Shown piece after piece: positions 17,311-25,619 of a DNA stretch of 33,422 nt (the first letter of the stretch is position 1; each line of letters starts with the position of its first letter). The notes below the pieces were generated by a model, which saw only the letters and a program-made list of their open reading frames with translations, was not told where the DNA came from and searched no databases. The DNA is from Gemmatimonadales bacterium (lineage in GTDB: Bacteria > Gemmatimonadota > Gemmatimonadetes > Gemmatimonadales > GWC2-71-9), in contig DATGVC010000255.1 of NCBI GenBank assembly GCA_035300745.1, positions 1-33,422 on the forward strand, read 5' to 3'. The translations under genes and the position numbers were made by a program.

Positions 17311-19127
17311 TGGGCCGGGGGAGTGGCGGCGGAGGCGCGCGGCTGTTATCGCTGCTCCGCCCGTACTCGCTGCTGTTCGGCGCCACGATCGCGGCGACGG
17401 TCGTCTCGTCGCTGCTCGACGGCTTCACCTTCGTCTTGTTGATCCCGTTTCTGCGCACGCTGTTCGGCAGCTCGGCGCTCCCCGCGGAGGGCGGCACGCA
17501 CGTCGAGGCGGTGCTCAACAGGATCGCGGGCCCCTTCCTCCAGGCCGGCACGCCGGCGCTCGCGCTCCGCAACGTCGTCATCGTCCTGCTCGTCGCGCTG
17601 CTTCTCAAGAACCTGACGTCCTACCTCGCGTCTCTCGGCAGCGTGGCGATTCAGGAAGGCGTGGTCCGCGATCTGCGGGTTCGTCTGTTCCGCCACCTCC
17701 AGACCTTACCGCTCGGCTATTTCCAGCGCACGCGCGCCGGTCAGACGATCGCGCGGGTCATCAGCGACACCGATCAGGTGAAGACAGCCGTGAGCGCGGC
17801 GCTCGCATCGCTGCTGCAAAACGTGGTCGTCATCATCGTCTACGTCGTCATTCTGTTCGGCCTCTCGGTCAAGCTGACGTTGCTGTCGCTGCTGCTCGCG
17901 CCCGTCCTGCTGGTCATCATCCGGCCGATGATCAATCGCCTGCAGCGTCGCTCGCGCGAGCTGGCCGCCGAGCGGGGCGAGGTGACGAGTCACGTAGGCG
18001 AGATGATCGCGTCGGCGAAACTGGTGCGCGCCTACGTGGCCGAAGCGTTCGAGCTGGGCCGGTTCAACGAGCTCGCCCAGCGCTATCGCAAGCGCGTGCT
18101 GCGGGCACAGCGCTACTCGAGTCTCACGAGTCCCGTAAGCGAGGTGTTCGGCGGCGTGATGATCGTCCTGATTCTCGTCGTCGGCACGCGGCTCGCACTC
18201 GGCACCGGCGCGACGCTCGACCCCGCGGTGCTGATCACGTTCCTCGCCGTGAGCCTGCGGCTCATGTCGCCGATCAAGTCCGTCTCGAATTACCCGGCGA
18301 TCATGGCGACGGCCGTCGCCTCCGCGGAGCGAGTGTTCGAGGTCCTCGACTTGCCGTCCGCCGAGGGCGACCGCCCTGGTGAAACGACAGCGGAGTTCAG
18401 CGAGCGCATCGAGTTCCGTGGCGTCTCGTTCGAGTACGAGCCTTCGGAGTCGGTGTTGCGCGACGTGGATCTGGAGGTGAAGCGCGGCCAGGTCGTCGCG
18501 ATCGTCGGGCCCTCGGGCGCGGGGAAGACCACACTGGTCGATCTCCTGCCGCGATTCTACGAGCCGACGCGCGGCGAGATTGTAATGGACGGCGTGCCGC
18601 TGACCAACTACACCCGCACGTCACTCCGCAAACTGATGGGAATCGTGTCGCAGGAGACCGTACTGCTGAACGACACGGTGCTCGCGAACATCGCGTACGG
18701 GTTGAAAGATGCGCCACTGGAGCAGGTGCGGGCCGCGGCGCGCGCCGCGAACGCCGACGAGTTCATCATGCGGCTCCCCGAAGGCTACACCACGCTGCTC
18801 GGCGAGCGTGGCACCCGGCTCAGCGGCGGGCAGCGGCAGCGCATCGCGATTGCCCGGGCGTTGCTGCGCGATCCACCGATCCTGATCCTCGACGAAGCCA
18901 CGAGCGCGCTCGACACCGAATCCGAGCGCCTCGTGCAGGAAGCGATCGACCGGCTGATGGCGCATCGCACCGTCTTCGTAATCGCCCACCGGCTCGCCAC
19001 CGTGCAGCATGCCGATTTCATCGTCGTGCTGGCGGAAGGACGGATCGTGGAGCGGGGCACGCACGGGGAGTTGCTGTCCGCCGACGGCTTGTACCGCCGG
19101 CTCTACAACCTGCAGTTCCGGAGCTGA
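17310..19127 (+). CDS. ABC exporter, fused permease/ATPase (MsbA-like lipid flippase family)
   Basis: Internal ATG 17310 of track ORF 16617..19127, in a TAATG overlap with the upstream stop. 605 aa. Six-TM domain, then Walker A GPSGAGKTT, signature LSGGQRQR and Walker B ILILDEATSALD. Confidence 0.9.
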   Translation: MGRGSGGGGARLLSLLRPYSLLFGATIAATVVSSLLDGFTFVLLIPFLRTLFGSSALPAEGGTHVEAVLNRIAGPFLQAGTPALALRNVVIVLLVALLLKNLTSYLASLGSVAIQEGVVRDLRVRLFRHLQTLPLGYFQRTRAGQTIARVISDTDQVKTAVSAALASLLQNVVVIIVYVVILFGLSVKLTLLSLLLAPVLLVIIRPMINRLQRRSRELAAERGEVTSHVGEMIASAKLVRAYVAEAFELGRFNELAQRYRKRVLRAQRYSSLTSPVSEVFGGVMIVLILVVGTRLALGTGATLDPAVLITFLAVSLRLMSPIKSVSNYPAIMATAVASAERVFEVLDLPSAEGDRPGETTAEFSERIEFRGVSFEYEPSESVLRDVDLEVKRGQVVAIVGPSGAGKTTLVDLLPRFYEPTRGEIVMDGVPLTNYTRTSLRKLMGIVSQETVLLNDTVLANIAYGLKDAPLEQVRAAARAANADEFIMRLPEGYTTLLGERGTRLSGGQRQRIAIARALLRDPPILILDEATSALDTESERLVQEAIDRLMAHRTVFVIAHRLATVQHADFIVVLAEGRIVERGTHGELLSADGLYRRLYNLQFRS

Positions 19128-19128
19128 C

Positions 19129-19989
19129 ATCCTCTCGGGCTTCACCATCGTCCGCAACGCGGTCAAGCTCGACTTCCCGATCGTCCCCGCGATTCGATCG
19201 GTGTTGCAGGTGTGCGACGAAGTCGTCGTCAACGTCGGGAAATCCGACGACGAGACGCGTGACGTGGTAGCGGGGATCGGCGACTCACGCGTTCGGATCA
19301 TCGAGAGCGACTGGGACCTGAGCAGGGCCGACATGCTGGCATTGGAGACGCAGCGGGCGATGGACGCGTGTCACGGCTCCTGGGGGATCTATATCCAAGC
19401 CGACGAAGTGCTCCATGAGCAGGGAGCCCGCATCCTGAAGGACAAGGTGGCCGCGTGGAACCAGGATGCGCGCGTGGAAGGATTGCTGGTCGACTATCTG
19501 CACTTCTACGGCGGGTTCGACCGCGTGGCGACCAACCGCCGCTGGTATCGCCGCGAGGTCCGTGGCATCCGGCTCGGTCAGGGTATCCATGCGTACCAGG
19601 ACGCACAAGGATTCCGGGTGGGGCCGCGGTCTCGAAAAATCCGGGCACGTCTGACCGGCGCGCAGATGTTTCACTACGGCTGGGCTCGGCCCGCCCGTGC
19701 AATCAGGGAGAAGTTCGAGGTCACAAAACGCATGTATCCGGGGGCCACCGAAAGGCTGGACCGCGAACTCAGGCGCGGAACGCTGGAATGGATACCGTTG
19801 CTGCGGCCCTACACCGGCGACCATCCGGCTGTGGCCAAGGCGTGGATCGCCGCGTGCGCGCAGGAGCCGCCGATCGAGATCGAGCCCGCGCAGTTCAGAC
19901 TCGCGGACCTGCGCTACTACTTTTCCAACTGGATCGAGCGGCTGACGGGCGCGCGGCCGTTCGAGTTTCGCAACTACGAGGTCGTGTAG
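19129..19989 (+). CDS. putative glycosyltransferase (GT2-like, 'SGFTIVRNA' family); start codon uncertain (ATC?)
   Basis: Frame of track ORF 19009..19989. The recognisable protein begins ILSGFTIVRNAVKLDFPIVPAIRSVLQVCDEVVVNVGKSDDETR. The only canonical start (ATG 19009) lies 119 nt inside the ABC gene and adds a Cys/Ser-rich out-of-frame-looking peptide. The boundary is set at ATC 19129, 1 nt after the ABC stop. Confidence 0.65.
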   Translation: MLSGFTIVRNAVKLDFPIVPAIRSVLQVCDEVVVNVGKSDDETRDVVAGIGDSRVRIIESDWDLSRADMLALETQRAMDACHGSWGIYIQADEVLHEQGARILKDKVAAWNQDARVEGLLVDYLHFYGGFDRVATNRRWYRREVRGIRLGQGIHAYQDAQGFRVGPRSRKIRARLTGAQMFHYGWARPARAIREKFEVTKRMYPGATERLDRELRRGTLEWIPLLRPYTGDHPAVAKAWIAACAQEPPIEIEPAQFRLADLRYYFSNWIERLTGARPFEFRNYEVV

Positions 19990-21404
19990 ATAACCGCCGT
20001 GCGGGCTCTGTTGTGGCGCGGATTGATGGCATGTGCCAGCCGGTCCGAGAGACTCGGCTGGATCACGGTGAGCAATGTGAGATTGCGGTGCAATGCTCCC
20101 GCCAGGAACAGGCGATCCGCCTCCGGCGTGTCGCTGTAGACAATCACGTAGTTGATCGGTACTCCCCTCGCCGAGTTCTCCACGTCTTGTCCTCGTTCCA
20201 CCACGACCAGCGGTGGCTGCGGTTTTCCCAGATAGTACTCCGGCACGCTGAAGGTCTGGTCGTATTGCGCGACCAGCACCCCTGTGGCGTCGTGACGGTG
20301 ATACACAAGCAGCAGCGGCGCGACGCGGTCCTTCTTCGAAAAGCTGAACGTCACCACCAGCAGGAGAGCCGTGTTCACGATCCAGAAGTACCACCACATG
20401 CCGCGGTACACAGGTGCGATGCGCGCGGCGAGCCACGGCAGCCCTGCGACGATCAGGATGAAGAGCAGCGGGAGAATCGGCAGCAGGAACCGCTCCTGCT
20501 TGTTCGCGAGCAGGCTATGGCTCACGAGGAACGCGAGCGTCGCGATGCCGAGCAGCGGGATTTGGCGTCCGCCTTTGACCGCGGCCGCCAGCAGCAGAAT
20601 CGACGCGGGCGGAATCAGCGCGGCGAGCAGCGTCAGAACGTAGTGCCACGGCGGGTTGCTCGGATATCCATCCGACTCGACCGCCATGCGCTGGAGATGC
20701 AGCATCGGCCCGAGTCGCTGGGCGAATGAATACCCCCACTGATGGTTGATCAGTGCGTTACTGTAGCCCTGCAGCACTACGACCACCGCGAGACCGCCGA
20801 GAAACGCGAGCTTGTCCCTGGCCATGACTGGCTGCGGGCGCAGCAGCACCAGCAGCAGGAACGCGCCGACGAACCCTATTAGCGGAAGGCGCAGGATGAG
20901 CGCTGTGCCCAGCGCCGCACCGGCCAGCGAACCCCAGACGGCTGACGGCTGATGGCGGTCTTCCGTGCGTTGCCACCACCAGCACGCCGCGAGCAACGGC
21001 ACCTGGCACACCGATTCCTCGAGCTGGTGCACGGCGGTCACGGGCATCGCGTAGAACGCTGCGGCGAGCAGGCCGGCGAGCATCGCCTTCTCGCGGCCCA
21101 GCAACCGTTCGACGAGGCGATACACGAAGTAGACAACGAGCAGCGAGTAGGCGGCGTGGAAGAGCCGCACCAGGAGCATTTCGATACCGGGATCGTGAAT
21201 CCCGATGTGCCGCGCGATAGTCATGATCGCCGCGATGACGCCGGGGTACAGCGCCGTGCGTTCGAACGTCGCCGGGAGCCCCCCCCCCACGCCGCTGGCG
21301 ATCTGATCCGCCGCGCCGATGACGACGTTGTGATCGTCGCTCGCGAGGAATCCACCGCTGAAGACCGCCGCAAGCAACCGCAGCAGCCCGGCGAAGACGA
21401 GCAA
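19974..21404 (-). CDS. GT-C-fold polytopic membrane glycosyltransferase (ArnT/PMT/Alg9-like)
   Basis: 476 aa with more than 10 predicted TM helices and an acidic first-loop motif (FLASDDHNVV). TTG start 17 nt after the upstream GT4 stop. Its 3' end overlaps the convergent GT2-like gene by 16 nt. Confidence 0.7.
   Translation of the reverse strand: MLVFAGLLRLLAAVFSGGFLASDDHNVVIGAADQIASGVGGGLPATFERTALYPGVIAAIMTIARHIGIHDPGIEMLLVRLFHAAYSLLVVYFVYRLVERLLGREKAMLAGLLAAAFYAMPVTAVHQLEESVCQVPLLAACWWWQRTEDRHQPSAVWGSLAGAALGTALILRLPLIGFVGAFLLLVLLRPQPVMARDKLAFLGGLAVVVVLQGYSNALINHQWGYSFAQRLGPMLHLQRMAVESDGYPSNPPWHYVLTLLAALIPPASILLLAAAVKGGRQIPLLGIATLAFLVSHSLLANKQERFLLPILPLLFILIVAGLPWLAARIAPVYRGMWWYFWIVNTALLLVVTFSFSKKDRVAPLLLVYHRHDATGVLVAQYDQTFSVPEYYLGKPQPPLVVVERGQDVENSARGVPINYVIVYSDTPEADRLFLAGALHRNLTLLTVIQPSLSDRLAHAINPRHNRARTAVIYTTS
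21279..21288. repeat. C10 homopolymer (G10 on the coding strand) inside the GT-C glycosyltransferase gene
   Basis: gagCCCCCCCCCCacg. The coding strand reads GTG GGG GGG GGG CTC, which is V-G-G-G-L near the N-terminus. Confidence 0.9.
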
Positions 21405-21421
21405 CCGAATCAGCGGCCGGT

Positions 21422-22351
21422 TTACTGGACGCTCGCGGGCAGGTCGCCCGTCTGCAGCACGTGTTGGTACATGCGGACGTAGTTCTCCGCCATCACCAGG
21501 TGCGTGAACTGCCGCTCTGCCCGCTCCCGGCAGGCTCTGGGGTCGAGCGTCGCGACCTGGTCGCCCGCCAGGATCAGCTCATCGAGCGTATCGCGCAACA
21601 CGCCCACCGCGGGCGTGACGATTTCGGGGAGGGCGCCGCGCCTGGTGCCGAGCACGGGTGTGCCCGAGAACAACGCCTCGATCGTCGGGAGGCCGAACGG
21701 TTCGTCCCACTGCGCCGGCATCCAGAGGCAGCGCGCCCGCGCGAGCAGCACCGCTTTGCGCTTGCCGCCGACCTCGCCGACGTACTTCACCGCGCCCGTG
21801 AAGCTGGGACGCCACCCGCCCGCGATGATGAGCTGGCGGCCGGTGCGCTTCGCCGCCTCCACGGCCCAGTGGTAGCCGCGGTCCCTGTGCAGTTTGCCGA
21901 GGAACAGGTCCCACTGCTCTTTGCGGCGGCGGAAGATGTATTCGGTCGGATCGAGCCCGTTGTGGACGAAGATCGTACTGCCGTGGCGTTTGGCGTGGTC
22001 GCGCGAGAGGAAGATCGTGTTCGGCGGGACCGGAGTGTCAGGTTTCCAGTTGCCATGGAGCGTCTGCACGAACGGCACACCCTCCGGCCCCTGCTTCAGC
22101 GGAAAGTGCGCGTGCAGGATCTCGGCGCCTTCGGGAATGAAACGTTTGAGATCGGTGCCGGAGTCCCTCAACAGCCGGGGAGGGACTTCTACGATCTTCG
22201 CAGCCTCGGCGACCTTGGTTCCTGGTTGCGCGAGAATGGTCACGCGGTGGCCGAGCGCGGCGAGTCCGCGAACCAGCGCAACCACAACGCGCTGCGGACC
22301 GCCGTAACCTTCGACCGGAAGCCGGTGGTGGGACGCGACCACGACGTGCAT
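21422..22351 (-). CDS. glycosyltransferase family 4 (GT-B fold)
   Basis: 309 aa: MHVVVASHHRLPVEGYGGPQRVVVALVRGLAALGHRV and the C-terminal E..FGL..IEAL..G.PV motif (DEPFGLPTIEALFSGTPVLGT). Confidence 0.85.
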   Translation of the reverse strand: MHVVVASHHRLPVEGYGGPQRVVVALVRGLAALGHRVTILAQPGTKVAEAAKIVEVPPRLLRDSGTDLKRFIPEGAEILHAHFPLKQGPEGVPFVQTLHGNWKPDTPVPPNTIFLSRDHAKRHGSTIFVHNGLDPTEYIFRRRKEQWDLFLGKLHRDRGYHWAVEAAKRTGRQLIIAGGWRPSFTGAVKYVGEVGGKRKAVLLARARCLWMPAQWDEPFGLPTIEALFSGTPVLGTRRGALPEIVTPAVGVLRDTLDELILAGDQVATLDPRACRERAERQFTHLVMAENYVRMYQHVLQTGDLPASVQ

Positions 22352-22360
22352 CGGAGTCCC

Positions 22361-22366
22361 AGTATA
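22361..22366 (-). promoter_or_regulatory. candidate -10 box TATACT, 9 nt upstream of the ATG of the minus-strand GT4 gene
   Basis: Minus strand reads ...GCTAGT TATACT GGGACTCCG ATG. Matches TATAAT at 5 of 6 positions. No convincing -35. Confidence 0.35.
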
Positions 22367-22409
22367 ACTAGCTTCGGAACATACCGGAGAGTCCGGATTC
22401 CCTCGCCAA

Positions 22410-22439
22410 TTGCTCGCAGGGGAACCGTTTCGTTAACAT
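22410..22439 (+). promoter_or_regulatory. candidate promoter TTGCTC-N18-TAACAT, ending 7 nt before the GTG of the plus-strand GT4 gene
   Basis: Read from the sequence, in the lowest-GC stretch of the window (divergent spacer 22352-22446). Confidence 0.4.
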
Positions 22440-22446
22440 TGCCAAC

Positions 22447-23628
22447 GTGGCTAAGACCTTCCTGCTGACCGGGGAATTCCCGCCGATGCAGACCGGCATC
22501 GCACGCATGATGGGCGAGGTCACGCGCCGATATCCGCGTGGCGAGCTGCTCGTTTCCACCGGCCAACATCGCGACTCCCAGGATTCCGATGTGCGCTTCA
22601 GCGGCGCCGTGGTCGACCGCTTGCCGGTGCCGAGCAAGGCGCTGCGCAATCTCGCCGGTCTGCTGTTCTGGTCCCGCCGCGTCGCCACGCTCGCGCGCCA
22701 GCACAAGCCGCGGTTCGCGTGGTGCGATTCCATCCGGCCCTGCACCTACCCGGCGAAGTGGATGCTCGAGCGCGTCGGCACGAAATACGGCGTGTTCGTC
22801 CACGGCGGCGATCTGCTCAAGGAGCTGCACGCGATCCATCATTCGCGCTTCGCGCGCAAGACGGCGAAGGCGTTGCTCGGTTCCGCGGTCGCGGTCGTCG
22901 CCAACAGCCAATGGACGCGCGAGCAGGCGCAGAAGGTACTGCGCGAGCTGGGACTCGATCCCCTCGCCGAGCACGTGCGGCTGGTGCCGCTGGGCACCGA
23001 TCCCGAGCAGTTCCGGCCCGGCATCGACACGCACGCCGTGCGCGCCCGCTATCATCTCAATGGGCAGGCGCCGTGGGTACTCACCGTCGCGCGACTCGAG
23101 GCGTACAAGGGCGTTGATATGGCGCTGCGCGCCGTGGCGCAGTGCCGGCACGATGGCCTCGACGTGAACTACCTAGTGGTGGGGAGTGGGAAAAAGCGGA
23201 AGGATTATCAGCGACTCGCCGAAGAGCTGCGGATCGCCGACCACGTGCGCTTCGTCGGCAACGTCCCCGAAGCCGAGCTACCGGCGGTTTTCAATATCGC
23301 GAACGCGTATATCGGCGTGTCGCGCCGCGCCGACGGGTCGCGCGTCGAGGGGTTCGGGGTCGCGCTCGCGGAAGCGAGCGCGTGCGGGCTGCCGGTGATC
23401 GCCGGGCAATCGGGCGGGCTGGCCGAAGCGGTGCACGACGGCGAAACGGGGCTGGTGGTGAATCCCGACGACCCGGAAGCAGTCGCCACGGCGCTCAAGC
23501 GTCTGTTCGGCGATCAGCTGCTCGCGCGCCGGCTCGGCCAGGCGGGCCGTAAATCGATCGAGACCTACTACAACTGGGACCGTGTGATCCGCGACCTGCG
23601 CGACATCGAATCACAAGTCTCTTCCTAG
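22447..23628 (+). CDS. glycosyltransferase family 4 (PimB/mannosyltransferase-like)
   Basis: 393 aa, GTG start: FLLTGEFPPMQTGIARMM...EGFGVALAEASACGLPVIAGQSGGLAEAVHDGETGLVV. Confidence 0.88.
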   Translation: MAKTFLLTGEFPPMQTGIARMMGEVTRRYPRGELLVSTGQHRDSQDSDVRFSGAVVDRLPVPSKALRNLAGLLFWSRRVATLARQHKPRFAWCDSIRPCTYPAKWMLERVGTKYGVFVHGGDLLKELHAIHHSRFARKTAKALLGSAVAVVANSQWTREQAQKVLRELGLDPLAEHVRLVPLGTDPEQFRPGIDTHAVRARYHLNGQAPWVLTVARLEAYKGVDMALRAVAQCRHDGLDVNYLVVGSGKKRKDYQRLAEELRIADHVRFVGNVPEAELPAVFNIANAYIGVSRRADGSRVEGFGVALAEASACGLPVIAGQSGGLAEAVHDGETGLVVNPDDPEAVATALKRLFGDQLLARRLGQAGRKSIETYYNWDRVIRDLRDIESQVSS

Positions 23629-23632
23629 GATC

Positions 23633-24718
23633 TCATCCGGATCGACGCAGCGTGCCGGTCGCCTGATCCGCGGGTCGGGCGATAATCGCATAGGTCGGGC
23701 AGTGCCGGATGTAGCCACCGTCCATCGGCGACCACTCCTGATCCGGCTGTGTCACCACCGCCTTCCGCTCCGAGTCGAGCACGAACATCCCCTGCGGCCC
23801 GTGGACCAGACAGATGCCGCAGCCGATGCAGCGCTCGCGCTCCACGCGCACGAGCACGCGCCGCTTGGGATAGATGCCGACGTCGCCAGGCTCGGGCCAT
23901 TCGTCGGCGCGATCGAGGGCCGCGGCCGTCGCGCGATAGCCCTCCTCGACTTCCTCGCGCAGATGATCGAACGCGAACATGCTGACGTGCTCGACCCGCG
24001 GTTGGATGTAGAAGACCGGCGGCGTTGTCCAGGTGCGGACGCGCTGCTCGAGCAGCGTCTGCATCAGGATCTCGGTCGCGCGAGCGAATACGCCCGCGAA
24101 GCCGTCATCCTGCGCATCGGCCGTGAGAATGCTCGACGCCGACACGTCCACCGCCACGATCAGCTCGGGACCAAGGGCGCGCGCCGCGTCGAAGGGGACG
24201 TTGGAGACCACGGCACCGTCGACATAGAAGCGGCCGCCGATCTCATGCGGCGGGAAGTAGCCGGGGAGCGCGCACGACGCGAACACCGCGTCGGCGACGC
24301 GAATGTCGTCGAGCCCGGGCAGGCCCCAGAACACCTGCATGCCCGAGTTCAGGTCGACCGTGTTGACGACGACGGGCGGGTCGAGCTGCTGGAACGTGAG
24401 GTCGCCGCAGGTGCGCGCGATGAGATGCTCGAGCGGCTCGCGCCGGAACAGCGCCGGCGAGCGCATGCGCTTGAACGCCATGTCGGCGTGCGCGACCGCG
24501 AACACCTCCTTGCGTTTCAGGCTGAGCGCGATCTCGCGCAGCTTGGCGATGCCCATCCCACCGGCCCAGGCGGCGCCCACGAGCGCGCCGACGCTCGACC
24601 CGATGATCCGGCTGGGCCGATGACCGCGCTCGAGCAGCGCTTGGAGCACGCCGACGTGGGCGAGCCCCTTCATACCGCCGCCGCCCAGCACGAGGGTGAA
24701 CGGTGTATCGCGTTTCAC
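23633..24718 (-). CDS. patatin-like phospholipase with a C-terminal single-cluster ferredoxin-like domain
   Basis: Patatin motifs: LGGGGMKG (oxyanion hole), GSSVG (nucleophile elbow), DGAVVSN (catalytic Asp). The C-terminal ~65 aa read ERCIGCGICLVHGPQGMFVLD...HCPTYAI, the CxxCxxC...CP pattern of Fe-S ferredoxins. The start is set at GTG 24718, just before VKRDTPFTLVLGGGG. Alternative ATGs at 24775 and 24847 would overlap the divergent permease gene. Confidence 0.8.
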   Translation of the reverse strand: MKRDTPFTLVLGGGGMKGLAHVGVLQALLERGHRPSRIIGSSVGALVGAAWAGGMGIAKLREIALSLKRKEVFAVAHADMAFKRMRSPALFRREPLEHLIARTCGDLTFQQLDPPVVVNTVDLNSGMQVFWGLPGLDDIRVADAVFASCALPGYFPPHEIGGRFYVDGAVVSNVPFDAARALGPELIVAVDVSASSILTADAQDDGFAGVFARATEILMQTLLEQRVRTWTTPPVFYIQPRVEHVSMFAFDHLREEVEEGYRATAAALDRADEWPEPGDVGIYPKRRVLVRVERERCIGCGICLVHGPQGMFVLDSERKAVVTQPDQEWSPMDGGYIRHCPTYAIIARPADQATGTLRRSG

Positions 24719-24730
24719 GGCCCTATCCGC

Positions 24731-24760
24731 TTGCCCAGGGGGTTGAGTCCCGAGTAACGT
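24731..24760 (+). promoter_or_regulatory. candidate promoter TTGCCC-N18-TAACGT, ending 13 nt before the ATG of the DppC-type permease gene
   Basis: Read from the sequence. It has the same -35 hexamer as the 15701 candidate. Confidence 0.3.
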
Positions 24761-24773
24761 AGTCGAGACCCCC

Positions 24774-25619
24774 ATGGCGGCGCCACTGTTTTGGACTCGA
24801 CTCGCGCGTGATCCCTGGGCCCGCTTCGGTCTGGGGCTCGTCGGCATCCTCGCAGTCCTGGCGTTGCTCGCTCCATGGCTCGCTCCGGGTGATCCATTCC
24901 GCGGTGATCTCGCTGCAAGTTTGCATCCACCCTCAGGCGCCTTTCTGCTCGGCAGCGACGCGCAGGGACGGGACGTGCTGTCGCGCGTGCTGTACGGGGC
25001 CCGCCTCTCGCTGGCCGTCGGCCTGATCAGTCAGAGCGTCGCGCTGGCGCTGGGCGTGACGTTAGGACTCGTGTCCGGTTACTACGGCCGCTGGATGGAC
25101 GGTGTGATCATGCGCATCGCCGACGTGACGCTCGCCTTTCCTTCACTGTTGCTCTTGATCGCCATCGCCGCCGCGGTGAAGCCGTCGTTGCTGGTCGTGT
25201 TCGTCGTCATCGGCATCGTCGGATGGGCGGGGATGGCGCGGATCGTCCGCGGCCAGGTCTTGCTCGCCCGCAAGCTCGAGTACGTGCAGGCGGCGCGCGC
25301 GCTCGGCGCATCGGACGCGCGCATCATCGCGCGGCACCTCCTGCCCAACGTGATCGCGCCCGTGATTGTCGCGGCGACGCTCGGCATCGGCGGCGCGATC
25401 ATGGCCGAGGCGGCGCTGTCGTTCATCGGACTCGGCGCGCAGCCTCCCACGCCGTCATGGGGCGCGATGGTTGCCGAGGGGCGGGATCTGTTGCGCGTCG
25501 CGCCGTGGGTCTCGATCGCCCCTGGCGTCGCGATCGGCCTCGCCGTGCTCGGCCTCAATCTGCTGGGTGACGGCCTGCGCGACGCGCTAGACGTGCGCGC
25601 ATTCGGACGCGTGGCGTGA
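24774..25619 (+). CDS. ABC transporter permease, DppC/OppC family
   Basis: 281 aa: N-terminal ...LLAPWLAPGDP..., GSDAQGRDVLSRVLYGARLSL, and the EAA-type loop YVQAARALGASDARIIARHLLPN. Confidence 0.88.
   Translation: MAAPLFWTRLARDPWARFGLGLVGILAVLALLAPWLAPGDPFRGDLAASLHPPSGAFLLGSDAQGRDVLSRVLYGARLSLAVGLISQSVALALGVTLGLVSGYYGRWMDGVIMRIADVTLAFPSLLLLIAIAAAVKPSLLVVFVVIGIVGWAGMARIVRGQVLLARKLEYVQAARALGASDARIIARHLLPNVIAPVIVAATLGIGGAIMAEAALSFIGLGAQPPTPSWGAMVAEGRDLLRVAPWVSIAPGVAIGLAVLGLNLLGDGLRDALDVRAFGRVA

Noticed and set aside
19285-20436. 383-aa minus-strand ORF. Similar long shadow ORFs are 22240..23151, 29111..30544, 10199..11257, 12600..13607 and 23702..24757.
   Set aside because: Each lies antisense or out of frame to a CDS with strong family motifs. 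They are Arg/His/Asp-rich without motifs, which is the expected open-frame artefact of high-GC sequence.
22384-22396. CCGGA-GAG-TCCGG inverted repeat in the divergent GT4 spacer as an operator
   Set aside because: The arms are only 5 bp with a 3-nt centre and do not extend. This is expected by chance in a 95-bp GC-containing spacer, though it may merit a look if a regulator is identified.
23633-24718. Patatin as a CBASS (CapV-like) effector
   Set aside because: No CD-NTase cyclase, E1/E2/JAB or other signalling gene is adjacent. The neighbours are a glycosyltransferase and a transporter permease.
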